Below, piece after piece: positions 39,365-49,054 of a stretch of 64,000 nt of DNA. Position 1 is the first letter of the stretch, and each line of letters begins with the position of its first letter. The notes under the pieces were generated by a model that saw only the letters and a list, made by a program, of their open reading frames with translations, did not search any database and had not been told where the DNA came from. The stretch covers positions 94,967 to 158,966 of the forward strand of contig DDAL01000031.1 of the NCBI GenBank assembly GCA_002332615.1, in the 5' to 3' direction. A program made the position numbers and the translations under genes. This DNA comes from Sphingobacteriaceae bacterium UBA2059 (lineage in GTDB: Bacteria; Bacteroidota; Bacteroidia; Sphingobacteriales; Sphingobacteriaceae).

Positions 39365-39922
39365 CTACATAATAGAGATCCTTTTTATTACTGTCTCACC
39401 ACCTGCAATAAGTCTGATGAAGTAATACCCGCTGCTAAGTTTGGATGTAACCGAAAAACTATTGTTCTGCTCTCCGGAAGCTACTCTTTGAGAAAGGAGC
39501 GTTGCTACCTCATTACCCAAAACATCCATTATCTTTATGGTAACATTAGTATCTTTGTTAAGAGAATAAGATAAAGATATCTGGCCGTCTCTAACATTTG
39601 TGAGCACCTTTACATTGCTAAGCGTCCGTGAATCCGGTCCGCCTTTTTGCGAACCTGCGGTATTGGTGTTATTTTGAGAGGCTGAAGGAGAACTGAAAAC
39701 CCTTGTATTAACAGGCTTGAAAGGAACGATATTTAATCTGATGTCATTCTTGCCAGGTCTGTCAGGACGCGTGTCTTTAACCCGCGTAGAAGGCTTTTGC
39801 TGAAGTCTCTTCGTACTGTCATTAACATCTATAGTAATAACCCCGGTATCGTACACATCCACAGCGTAAACACCGTTAACAAACAAACAAAAAGAAATAA
39901 TGAGCAGGTAAAGTTTTTTCAT
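39365..39922 (-). CDS. Small secreted protein with a T9SS type A C-terminal sorting domain
   Basis: Signal peptide, about 90 aa of low-complexity Ser/Pro/Asn/Thr-rich sequence, then a Por-type CTD (...VTIKIMDVLGNEVATLL...SSGYYFIRLIAGGETVIKRISIM). Confidence 0.75.
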   Translation of the reverse strand: MKKLYLLIISFCLFVNGVYAVDVYDTGVITIDVNDSTKRLQQKPSTRVKDTRPDRPGKNDIRLNIVPFKPVNTRVFSSPSASQNNTNTAGSQKGGPDSRTLSNVKVLTNVRDGQISLSYSLNKDTNVTIKIMDVLGNEVATLLSQRVASGEQNNSFSVTSKLSSGYYFIRLIAGGETVIKRISIM

Positions 39923-40039
39923 ATCATATCCTTAACAAATTTAGAAATGATTTTAAATAAAGACATCCTTTTAACACTATTTAACAAATACAATTCTTAA
40001 GGGTTTTTAGTATTGCTTAAAACTCTAATTTAATGCACG

Positions 40040-40070
40040 TTGTTTAAGTCTGAAGCATAACTTACATTTG
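40040..40070 (+). promoter_or_regulatory. Bacteroidota-type promoter candidate for kup
   Basis: TTG at 40040-40042, and TACATTTG (the TAnnTTTG -7 box) at 40063-40070, 21 nt upstream of the GTG start. Confidence 0.4.
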
Positions 40071-40091
40071 TGCCCAATTTAAAAATATTAA

Positions 40092-42032
40092 GTGGGAAAT
40101 CATAAAGATATACACCGGCTTTCTGCGGCCGGATTATTAATAAGTTTAGGCATCATATACGGTGATATCGGAACTTCGCCATTATATGTTTTTAAAGCAA
40201 TAATTGCCGGCCGCGTAATTACTACGGACCTTATTCTGGGAGGTATTTCCTGCATATTCTGGACCCTCACTCTGCAAACAACTATTAAATATGTTCTTAT
40301 AACGCTTCGTGCAGATAACAAAGGCGAAGGTGGCATCTTTTCGCTTTATTCTCTGGTAAAGCGGAAAGCCAAATGGCTTGCCGTGCCTGCAATGATCGGT
40401 GGAGCCTCATTACTGGCAGACGGGATGATCACTCCCCCCATTACTATCACAACGGCTATAGAAGGCCTGCATATCTTTGCTCCAGACCTGCCTGTTGTAC
40501 CTATAGTCATTGCTATTATAACCTTCCTGTTTATTATTCAGCAACTCGGAACCTCGCTTGTAGGCCGGGCCTTCGGACCTATTATGTATGTGTGGTTTAC
40601 CATGATGGCTGTTCTCGGAATCGCATATGTATGGCGGCAACCCGAAATACTCAAGGCCATCAACCCCTATTATGCCTGGAATATACTCACTAATAATCCC
40701 AATGCGTTTGCAATCATAGGGGCCGTGTTTTTATGTACTACCGGAGCCGAAGCTCTATATTCAGACCTGGGTCATTGCGGCCGGTCTAATATCCGCATAA
40801 GCTGGTTTTATGTTAAGGCCTGCCTTGTATTAAACTACGCAGGCCAGGGAGTATGGCTGTGGCAGCATCAGGGTACGGTTCTTGCAGAAGGAAGCAATCC
40901 GTTCTTTCTTCTTATGCCCGAGTGGTTTGTTATATTTGGAATCGGACTAGCCACTATGGCTGCGGTAATTGCTAGTCAGGCCATAATTTCGGGCTCCTAT
41001 ACACTAATTTCCGAAGCAGTTCGGCTCAATCTATGGCCAAAAGTGCGCATAAATTATCCGTCTAATCAAAAGGGACAACTCTATGTGCCTTCAGTGAACT
41101 GGCTCTTGTATGTCGGATGCATTGTAGTAGTACTTATGTTCCGAAAATCAGAGGCCATGGAAGGCGCATACGGACTCGCCATATCGCTTACTTTTCTTAT
41201 GACCACTATACTTGTAACCGTATACCTTATGCGAAAACAATTTCCCGTCTATTTAATTGTACTTTTTGCTTTAGTATACGGCGTCATTGAGCTGGCTTTT
41301 CTTGCAGGTAATCTTACCAAATTCCTTCACGGAGGCTGGTTTACTATGCTCATCGCTATTATAGTTTTCTTAGTGATGTGGGCGTGGTCATCCGCCAGGC
41401 GGATAAAAAACAGATATGTAAAGTTTGTAGAAATAGAAGACTATTACAGTATCATCAATGATCTTAGTACAGATCAGAGCGTGCCAAAATATGCTTCCCA
41501 GCTGGTTTATCTTACAAGTGCTAACTTCAGCTCCGAAATTGAGTCTAAGATCATATATTCCATACTTCAAAAGAAGCCCAAACGTGCCGATGTATACTGG
41601 CTTGTGCATGTTGATGTCACCGACGAACCGTATACATTGGAGTACAAGGTTGATTTTCTAATTCCGAATAAACTTATCCGCATAGATTACCGTTTAGGCT
41701 TTCGGGTCGAGCAGCGCGTGAATGTTTTATTTCGGATGGCCGTAGAAGATCTGGTAAGCAAGGGAGAGGTGGATATAACAAGCCAGTATCCGTCTTTAAA
41801 TAAGCATCATGTTGTCGGCGATTTCAAGTTTGTCGTACTCGAAAAAGTATTGTCCCGCTCTAATAAATTAACCCTGCGCGAGCGTATTATTATGGCTCTC
41901 TACTTAATCGTTAAACGCTTCGGGCTTTCTGAAGAGAGAGGGTTCGGTTTGGATCTGAGCTTTGTAACTGTCGAAAGAGTTCCTCTTATAGTTTCAGGCA
42001 CCGAAGATATTAACCTCACGAGGCTTAAATAG
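40092..42032 (+). CDS. kup: KUP/HAK/KT-family potassium transporter
   Basis: 646 aa with the signature GIIYGDIGTSPLYVF, 12 TM-like segments, and a cytoplasmic C-domain. The start codon is GTG. Confidence 0.95.
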   Translation: MGNHKDIHRLSAAGLLISLGIIYGDIGTSPLYVFKAIIAGRVITTDLILGGISCIFWTLTLQTTIKYVLITLRADNKGEGGIFSLYSLVKRKAKWLAVPAMIGGASLLADGMITPPITITTAIEGLHIFAPDLPVVPIVIAIITFLFIIQQLGTSLVGRAFGPIMYVWFTMMAVLGIAYVWRQPEILKAINPYYAWNILTNNPNAFAIIGAVFLCTTGAEALYSDLGHCGRSNIRISWFYVKACLVLNYAGQGVWLWQHQGTVLAEGSNPFFLLMPEWFVIFGIGLATMAAVIASQAIISGSYTLISEAVRLNLWPKVRINYPSNQKGQLYVPSVNWLLYVGCIVVVLMFRKSEAMEGAYGLAISLTFLMTTILVTVYLMRKQFPVYLIVLFALVYGVIELAFLAGNLTKFLHGGWFTMLIAIIVFLVMWAWSSARRIKNRYVKFVEIEDYYSIINDLSTDQSVPKYASQLVYLTSANFSSEIESKIIYSILQKKPKRADVYWLVHVDVTDEPYTLEYKVDFLIPNKLIRIDYRLGFRVEQRVNVLFRMAVEDLVSKGEVDITSQYPSLNKHHVVGDFKFVVLEKVLSRSNKLTLRERIIMALYLIVKRFGLSEERGFGLDLSFVTVERVPLIVSGTEDINLTRLK

Positions 42033-42119
42033 GCAAGCGAAACTTTCTGATCATTTCTATTTCAAAGGAACCTTGTATCCTGATCCAAAAGGACATCGAT
42101 ATAAGGTTTCATTGAAATA

Positions 42120-42569
42120 TTAAAAATAGCTCTCGAGAGCCTGGTATCTGTAATGGAATATTTCTTTCACTTTTTTATGGACAAAGAGTGTACCGGCAAG
42201 CGACCCAAGAAAGCTTTTGCCAATATCATAGTAAAGCAGGTCTTTCATAAGTACTCCCTTATCAGTCTCCTCAAAGTGATGTTCATGATGCCACATTCTA
42301 TAAGGCCCCTGCCTTTGCTCATCTATAAAATACTCCATGTGCTTAATGTGAGTAATTTCAGTACACCAGTCAAGAGGAATATTGAACATCGGTTTAATTT
42401 TATAATTTATAAGCAGGCCCTCATACATAACATCCGGCAGAGGGCTCATTATCTTAAACTCAAGTTCTTTTGGAGTAACTTCGTTGAGGTTTTTCGGAGT
42501 GGCGAAAAAATCCCAGGCTTCCTTTAAGCTCAGGGGTAATATCTGTTCCTGATATAACCTGCGTATCAT
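42120..42569 (-). CDS. SRPBCC-family ligand-binding protein
   Basis: 149 aa. PLSLKEAWDFFATPKNLNEVTP...GPYRMWHHEHHFEE matches the COG4276-type SRPBCC pattern. Confidence 0.75.
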   Translation of the reverse strand: MIRRLYQEQILPLSLKEAWDFFATPKNLNEVTPKELEFKIMSPLPDVMYEGLLINYKIKPMFNIPLDWCTEITHIKHMEYFIDEQRQGPYRMWHHEHHFEETDKGVLMKDLLYYDIGKSFLGSLAGTLFVHKKVKEIFHYRYQALESYF

Positions 42570-42583
42570 GTCTATCCTTTGAA

Positions 42584-42967
42584 TTATTTGGAATCAGGCA
42601 TTTCTCCCGTAGCCACCCAGTTTATGGCTTCGTGAAATTCCGCTTGTTCAAAACCTCGGAATTTGCCGGGCATAACTTTGCTAAACATATCGGTAAATCT
42701 GATGATGCCTTCCTTGTCAGTAACAATTGCAGCTCTGTTCCACTTTGTGAAGTTTTGAAGGCCAAGCAGAGCGTCCTGCATCCATGCACCGAAGGTAAAG
42801 TTGCCTATGTTTGTATCCAGTTTCAATAGATAGTTGAGCTCTCCTGTCTTCTGAGTTTTCTCCTTCACATGTGGCATCACCACATCATCAAAGTCTTCTT
42901 TCGTAATTTCCCCTACTGCCTGAAATGCAGCAATATTATCCGGTGTGTTTTCAATAATCTGAATCAT
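42584..42967 (-). CDS. STAS/SpoIIAA-like domain protein (DUF3478-like)
   Basis: 127 aa. AAFQAVGEITKEDFDDVVMP...WNRAAIVTD is typical of the SpoIIAA-like family. Confidence 0.75.
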   Translation of the reverse strand: MIQIIENTPDNIAAFQAVGEITKEDFDDVVMPHVKEKTQKTGELNYLLKLDTNIGNFTFGAWMQDALLGLQNFTKWNRAAIVTDKEGIIRFTDMFSKVMPGKFRGFEQAEFHEAINWVATGEMPDSK

Positions 42968-43084
42968 AGTGATCGTGTTGATGTTTCAGTTAAACACACA
43001 GAAAAATTATTTGTGTTACCAGCCGTAAAATAATGCGCTGCCTGTCAGTGAGCTCTTCAAACCTCTGTTAAGCCCTCCGCATTT

Positions 43085-44809
43085 TTATTCGGTTGCGGTG
43101 TCTGTTTTGCGAAGTTTGCTATGCTTGTATCCATAACTGAAATAGATAACAAGCCCTACTGCGAGCCATATTAGAAACCTTAGCCAATTAACGTATCCGA
43201 GTTCTGTCATCAGGTATAGGCAGCTTAACAAACCAAAAACCGGTATAATAGAGAAGCTTTTTATAAAGCAAAGAATAGCAAGTCCAAAACTCAATAGCAG
43301 GAATATAAGGTAAGGTATATTATGTTTAAAAACATCCCAGTCATCCACATTTTCAAATAGGCTCTTCACCGGTTCAATAAATACAAAAATGCCCGCTATC
43401 CACAGTCCAGGCACGATATACTTTGAATTGATGTAAGGAATCCTAAACTTCCCCCTTCTGTCGTCCTTGCTTTCTCCCAGTACAAGCACTCCGCCACATA
43501 CAAGCACAAAAGCAAACAGCGTACCTATACTGGTTAAATCCGTAACTTCCGTAAGATTCATAAAAAGCGCCGGTATGGCTACAAATATCCCTGTAACAAT
43601 GGTAGCAAAGCCGGGAGTTTTATACTTAGGGTGTATCCTGGAAAAAGCTTTTGGCAGCAGTCCGTCCCTGCTCATGCTCATAAAGATCCGGGGCTGTCCT
43701 ATCTGAAATATCAGCAACACACTTGCTGTAGCAATCACTGCGCTGATGGAGATGATGTAACTGATACTATTCAAGCCCTTGCGTTCAAAAACATAAGCAA
43801 GCGGGTCAGCCACTCTAAGTTCTTTGTAATTGACCATGCCTGTTAAAACCAACGCGATCAGGATATATAACACCGTACAAATTATCAACGAATAGATCAT
43901 ACCCCTGGGAAGATCTCTTTGCGGATTCTTACATTCCTCTGCAGTGGTAGATATCGCATCGAAGCCAATATAGGCAAAGAATACGCCCGATACACCCTTC
44001 ATCATTCCGCTGAATCCGTTAGGCATAAAAGGGCTCCAGTTAGAAGGTGTTATATAAAAAAAGCCAAGAGCAATTACAGCTATCACAACCGCAATTTTTA
44101 ATACCACCATTGCATTGGTTGCTCTTTTGGTTTCCTTTATACCTATATAAACCAGGTAAGTAATAATTGCTACAATAAGCAAAGCAGGGAAATCAGCAAT
44201 CAGTCTTATATTTCCTATACGCGGAGCCGACGTCCAGGCAAGCGCCTGGTGCTGGAGCATACTCGTTATATCCGCTGTATTTCCGCTATTAATCAATTCG
44301 TTCAAATGCTTATCTGCCCGGTAGGCAGACAGGTAATCAAGCGTCATATAAGCAGGGACATTGATATTGAAGCCCTGAAGCAGGTTTACAAAGTACTGGC
44401 TCCAGGATATGGCCGTCGCAATGTTACCAATAGCATATTCCATCAAAAGGTCCCAGCCAATTATCCAGGCAATCAGTTCGCCGAAAGAAGCGTAAGCGTA
44501 CGTATAGGCACTGCCGGATACAGGGAGCCTTGAGGCGAACTCCGCATAACACAGGGCTGAAAATCCGCATGTTACAGCTGTAATAATAAATAAAACAGAT
44601 ACACCCGGACCTCCATGAAAAGCAGCCTCACCAATAGTCGAAAAGATACCGGCACCAACAATGGCGGCTATTCCCATAAAGGTGAGGTCCTTCACAGTTA
44701 ATACGCGCTTCATCGAGGAGTCTGAAACTCCTTCTACCTCACTAAAGCCACTGTCTATGTCTGCATAAATAGACGAAACTGATTTTTTTCTAAAAAGATT
44801 TTTGGGCAT
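43085..44809 (-). CDS. APC-superfamily amino acid permease (cationic amino acid transporter-like, with a C-terminal extension)
   Basis: 574 aa with about 14 TM segments and an N-terminal core typical of amino acid permeases (GIAAIVGAGIFSTIGEAA). Confidence 0.9.
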   Translation of the reverse strand: MPKNLFRKKSVSSIYADIDSGFSEVEGVSDSSMKRVLTVKDLTFMGIAAIVGAGIFSTIGEAAFHGGPGVSVLFIITAVTCGFSALCYAEFASRLPVSGSAYTYAYASFGELIAWIIGWDLLMEYAIGNIATAISWSQYFVNLLQGFNINVPAYMTLDYLSAYRADKHLNELINSGNTADITSMLQHQALAWTSAPRIGNIRLIADFPALLIVAIITYLVYIGIKETKRATNAMVVLKIAVVIAVIALGFFYITPSNWSPFMPNGFSGMMKGVSGVFFAYIGFDAISTTAEECKNPQRDLPRGMIYSLIICTVLYILIALVLTGMVNYKELRVADPLAYVFERKGLNSISYIISISAVIATASVLLIFQIGQPRIFMSMSRDGLLPKAFSRIHPKYKTPGFATIVTGIFVAIPALFMNLTEVTDLTSIGTLFAFVLVCGGVLVLGESKDDRRGKFRIPYINSKYIVPGLWIAGIFVFIEPVKSLFENVDDWDVFKHNIPYLIFLLLSFGLAILCFIKSFSIIPVFGLLSCLYLMTELGYVNWLRFLIWLAVGLVIYFSYGYKHSKLRKTDTATE

Positions 44810-44929
44810 TCTCTGCGCGTTTTCAATTGATAAAAACGCGCAAACTTAATAAATCCAAAAGGTTATAGAACAGAATAGTTAAAAAATATCCTAAACTGTT
44901 TATCTGCAACTCCGTATGAAATTTACTGG

Positions 44930-46639
44930 TTAAAACGCAGGCTTAACCAGTTCTTCTTTAATAAAGGAAGCAAGTTCATGAATGTAAGCAGTACTAAAGT
45001 CAAATCGTATCCCGGCAGCTTCATAAATTTCTTTTATGGAGCGTGTATAACCAAGTTTTAACGCTTCTTTATACATCGCTAAAGCTTCTGCCGGCCTTTC
45101 CTTATAGTTTTTCCATATAGCAATGGCGCCAAGCTGCGCGATGGCATATTCTATATAATAAAAAGGTACTTCAAAAATATGGAGTTGTTTCTGCCATAAA
45201 TTGCCCAGGGCCTCCTCATAGCCGTCCCAATTGCAGAAGTTATTGCCAAAAGGAGCAAGTATCTGCTTAAACGCCTCCGTCCGTTCTTCACTGCTATGCT
45301 TGGGATTCGTGTATATCCAGTGCTGGAACTGGTCGACCACCGCTACCCACGGCAGAGTTTTAAGAACATCACCCAGCTGATACATCTTAGCGCGCTTCAG
45401 CTCATTTTCATCACTAAAAAACACGTTCCAATTATCCATCGATATCAGTTCCATACTCATAGAAGCAAGCTCAGCAACCTCCGAAGGCAAGTGTTTGAAG
45501 TCATTAAGCTCCAGGTTGGCCGAAAGGAATGTGTGTACAGCATGCCCACCTTCATGGACCATGGTTGTAAGATCTCTGAAGGTATTGGCTGAATTCATAA
45601 AAATAAAAGGAGCTCCCGTTTCAGCCAAGGGATAGTTGTAACCGCCCGGGGCTTTTCCAAGCCGGCTTTCTACGTCAAAAAGCCTGTTTTTACGCATCAT
45701 ATACAATGCAGATCCCATGTACGGATCGATTGCATTGAAACAATCAATAGCTTTGTTTATCAGTTCTTCTCCGTTTCCAAAGGGCTTGAGAGGCGGATTG
45801 CCATGCGGATCGACATCCATATCCCAGGGCATAAGCTTTTCAATACCAAGTGCTTCTCTTCTGTTAGCAGCTTCCTCCTGTAAAACAGGCACTATTTCTC
45901 TGCTTATAGCGGCATGGAAATCATAGCAGTCCTGCACATCGTAATCAAAGCGGGCAAGCGCTTTAAACATATAATCTCTAAAGTTCTCAAAATCAGCATT
46001 CAGGGCAATCTGGTGGCGTAACGATAAAAGCTCATCAAATAAAGAGTCAAGTCTGGCTTTATCTTCGAGCCTTCTCGAAGTAATGGCTTCCCACGCCTGC
46101 CTTCGTTGTCTCCGGTCGGTGCTTTTAAGGAAAGCAGAAGCCTGCTCTAACGTATATTCTTTCCCTTCTATCAGCACCGACATAGCTCCTGTGATAGACT
46201 GATACTGTTGTTGTTTTAGCTGTATCTCCATAAACAGAGGAACGTTCTCTTCTCTGAAAAGATCGAGGGCATTTCTGGTAAGCTTGATTAGAATTCCATG
46301 GGTAAGCTCATCAAGATCGTTCACAAAAGGACAATCGATAAACTTGCGGTTAAGCTCGTCATTCAAAGGGGCAAGTTTAGGCTCTATTTCCGTTGTAAAG
46401 TATTGAAACTCTTTCAGCAGCAATTCGTCCGCAGTATTACAGGTCATGCGTATATACCGCCACGCAAAATCTTCCTCCAGTACAGCATCAAGCTCACTTC
46501 TGTCTTTTAGCCACGCCTCCAATGCATCCTTGCTGTCGATGGTTCTGTTAAGCAGGCTGTTAAACAAGGGTTCAACAGTTTCCCATTTTATGTCAAGATC
46601 TGCCGGAACAAATGATCGTGTTTTTTTTTCAATTTTCAT
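44930..46639 (-). CDS. M3-family oligoendopeptidase (PepF-like)
   Basis: 569 aa with the zinc motif HEGGHAVH. Size and layout fit M3B oligoendopeptidase F. Confidence 0.9.
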   Translation of the reverse strand: MKIEKKTRSFVPADLDIKWETVEPLFNSLLNRTIDSKDALEAWLKDRSELDAVLEEDFAWRYIRMTCNTADELLLKEFQYFTTEIEPKLAPLNDELNRKFIDCPFVNDLDELTHGILIKLTRNALDLFREENVPLFMEIQLKQQQYQSITGAMSVLIEGKEYTLEQASAFLKSTDRRQRRQAWEAITSRRLEDKARLDSLFDELLSLRHQIALNADFENFRDYMFKALARFDYDVQDCYDFHAAISREIVPVLQEEAANRREALGIEKLMPWDMDVDPHGNPPLKPFGNGEELINKAIDCFNAIDPYMGSALYMMRKNRLFDVESRLGKAPGGYNYPLAETGAPFIFMNSANTFRDLTTMVHEGGHAVHTFLSANLELNDFKHLPSEVAELASMSMELISMDNWNVFFSDENELKRAKMYQLGDVLKTLPWVAVVDQFQHWIYTNPKHSSEERTEAFKQILAPFGNNFCNWDGYEEALGNLWQKQLHIFEVPFYYIEYAIAQLGAIAIWKNYKERPAEALAMYKEALKLGYTRSIKEIYEAAGIRFDFSTAYIHELASFIKEELVKPAF

Positions 46640-46686
46640 AAGTTAACAAAACGTTTTAAAGTTAACAACGGTCGAAAGCTAATCGT

Positions 46687-47547
46687 TTATCGCCCCAGGT
46701 ATATGTCCAAAAGGAACAATACAGCAAATACTGCCGAAGCGATGCCATTGGTAGTTCCAAATGCTAAACTCATTTTACTCAAATCGTTCGGTTTAACCAA
46801 ACTGTGCTGATAAACAAGCAAAGAGGTAAAAATAACTACGCCCAAGCCGTAAAACAATCCCAAAGGCATTAAAAAGAAAGGGATGATCACGAATATCACG
46901 CTCAGTATGTGTAAAACAGACGAAACTTTTAAGGCGTTTTTTCGCCCCAGCCAAACAGGAATAGAATGTAAATTATGACTTCTGTCAAACTCATCATCCT
47001 GTAAGGAGTAAATAATGTCAAAGCCGCTAACCCAGCAAATAACTGCCAGCGAAAACAGGATAGGCAGCAAAGCAAAGGATCCTGCAACAACAAGGTAGGC
47101 ACCAACAGGAGCCAGGCTTAGTCCTACACCCAGGATCAGATGGCACAAAGGAGTAAAGCGTTTGGTATAACTGTATCCCAGGATAACGGCCAGGGCTACC
47201 GGTGATAAATAGAAACAAACCGGATTTATTAAATAGGTAGTAAGTATGAATAAGCCACAGTTTATAAGCGTGAAAAGCAGGGCATTGCGCGCGCTTAGTC
47301 TACCTGCAGGAATATCTCTTACAGCGGTACGTGGATTCTTTGCATCGAAAGATCTGTCCAAGTACCTGTTAAACGCCATGGCCGCATTGCGAGCGAAAAT
47401 CATACAAAAGATCATCTTAAACAGCTGCTCCCAGCTGAACGCATAATCAGTGGTAGACACTGCCAGAAAAAAGCCTATAAAAGCAAACGGCATAGCAAAG
47501 ATAGTATGGGCGAACAGAACGAGCGACAAATATTTTTTCATAATCAA
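46687..47547 (-). CDS. UbiA-family aromatic prenyltransferase (4-hydroxybenzoate polyprenyltransferase-like)
   Basis: 286 aa, polytopic, with the Asp-rich motifs FNRYLDRSFD and YSLQDDEFD. Confidence 0.88.
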   Translation of the reverse strand: MIMKKYLSLVLFAHTIFAMPFAFIGFFLAVSTTDYAFSWEQLFKMIFCMIFARNAAMAFNRYLDRSFDAKNPRTAVRDIPAGRLSARNALLFTLINCGLFILTTYLINPVCFYLSPVALAVILGYSYTKRFTPLCHLILGVGLSLAPVGAYLVVAGSFALLPILFSLAVICWVSGFDIIYSLQDDEFDRSHNLHSIPVWLGRKNALKVSSVLHILSVIFVIIPFFLMPLGLFYGLGVVIFTSLLVYQHSLVKPNDLSKMSLAFGTTNGIASAVFAVLFLLDIYLGR

Positions 47548-47677
47548 GCTTCAGCAAAGGTAAGGCAAATTACAGTGCCTTGAAAGCAGTAGCCCTGTAA
47601 GCCGTAGTACTTAACCGGTCCATCCCTAAACAAATAAGCGCTTCGAGCGTTTTTGCTCTTATACATATCAATTAACT

Positions 47678-48058
47678 ATGAAATCAATCAAAGTATTTAT
47701 CTCGGTGCTGCTTCTTGCAACCGGTTTGCTTTTATCATGCAAGCAAAACACAACAGACGATCTTGCCAAAACATGGCTTGTTACCGATATTCATCCTACG
47801 GTTAATTTGCCAGATACATTAAAATCAAGGCTTATTTCAGGTTCCGAAATGACCTTTACTAAAGACGGTAAATACACCACCACCGGAGGAATAGGGGTAG
47901 ATCAGGGTACACATACGGTCGATAAAGACGGCAAAACTCTTTCTACTGTTTCTCAGGCCGGCAAATCCAGCGCAGTATATGAAATTAACAGCCTGAGTAA
48001 AACCGAGCTTAAATTAACTAATAACGGAAATACTGTAACGCTTACAGCAAATAAATAA
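47678..48058 (+). CDS. Lipocalin-like lipoprotein (hypothetical)
   Basis: Lipobox LLLSCKQ, then a small beta-rich domain starting with KTWLV, as in lipocalin_4-like proteins. Confidence 0.65.
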   Translation: MKSIKVFISVLLLATGLLLSCKQNTTDDLAKTWLVTDIHPTVNLPDTLKSRLISGSEMTFTKDGKYTTTGGIGVDQGTHTVDKDGKTLSTVSQAGKSSAVYEINSLSKTELKLTNNGNTVTLTANK

Positions 48059-48062
48059 AGCC

Positions 48063-48512
48063 ATGGGATTATTTGACGAATTAAATAAAGCGGTAGTCAG
48101 CCAGCAGCAGCTGTTAAATTACAACGATCTGCTTAGCAAGGCAGGAGTGAGCATTCCTGACCTAAAGGTTGCCGATGAAGGCGGCACATTGAAAGTTTCG
48201 GGCACGGTTATAGACATGCAGCAGGCTGAGAAAGCTATCGCAGCATTAAAGGCGGCGGCTCCGGGCAAAGAAATCGAGAACCTGCTGCAGGCAGAAGACC
48301 TTACCTCTAAGAATATAAAAATGCAGGTAATGACCAAAGAGTCCAATCTCAATATACGCCGCGGTCCGGGCACAAAGTTCGAAGTAGTAGGTAAAGCTCC
48401 TCATCTCAGCATTGTTCAGCTTATCAAACGAATGTATAATGACTGGTACTTTGTACGAACAGAATCAGGAGTGGAAGGCTTCTGCGCGAAAGACTTTTTA
48501 AGGGAGATTTAG
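48063..48512 (+). CDS. BON-like plus SH3b two-domain protein (Kbp/YgaU-like architecture)
   Basis: 149 aa. The MGLF N-terminus and BON-like segment (GVSIPDLKVADEGGTLKVSGTVIDMQQAEKAIAALKAA) parallel E. coli Kbp as I recall it. The C-terminus NLNIRRGPGTKFEVVGKAP...WYFVRTESGVEGFCAKDFL is SH3b-like. There is no signal peptide. Confidence 0.65.
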   Translation: MGLFDELNKAVVSQQQLLNYNDLLSKAGVSIPDLKVADEGGTLKVSGTVIDMQQAEKAIAALKAAAPGKEIENLLQAEDLTSKNIKMQVMTKESNLNIRRGPGTKFEVVGKAPHLSIVQLIKRMYNDWYFVRTESGVEGFCAKDFLREI

Positions 48513-48526
48513 ATCGAATTGCCATC

Positions 48527-48554
48527 AAGCCGCATTTGGAAATGCGGCTTTTTT
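48527..48554 (+). terminator. Rho-independent terminator
   Basis: AAGCCGCATTT-gg-AAATGCGGCTT is followed by a T-run. Confidence 0.8.
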
Positions 48555-49054
48555 ATTTTGTTTCCTATCGGACGAGGTCTCTGTGCCGGCTTTGTTTAGT
48601 GTTTTCCCTTCAAAACTATGTCTTAGCATATAATCCCTGAGCACACAAGCTGCGTACACCAATCCTTCAAATTAAACGATACTTATTGTCCGCACGAAAA
48701 ACCATCTGAAACCCGTTTCATGTCCCCATCGTCGATCATAATTGTTAAAGTTATATCATATATTGAATTCTATTAGAATTTTTTATAATAAATATGCTCT
48801 TGGGTGATCAGTTTTACAAAACTTTATCGTAAATATGTATTAATGAATCGACACAGCTTATCTATGCCTCTAATGTTAACTTTCATTCCCTTCCACGTTT
48901 CCACTGATCGATGTTGCATGCATTCTATGCGCACAATTTGTAGCTGCTAAGAGGCGCAAATCTTCGACACAACTGCCAGCACGGCACTGCAAACCATTTT
49001 TTCATTAACCAGCATACTCCGCAAAAAGATGTATGCACTAAACAAACGATTGAA

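Noticed and set aside
46642-46666. Nested palindromes GTTAAC-AAAACGTTTT-AAA-GTTAAC just upstream of the pepF-like start
   Set aside because: The two halves are offset by 3 nt, so no consistent hairpin or symmetric operator can be drawn. It is AT-rich and short, and not distinguishable from chance.
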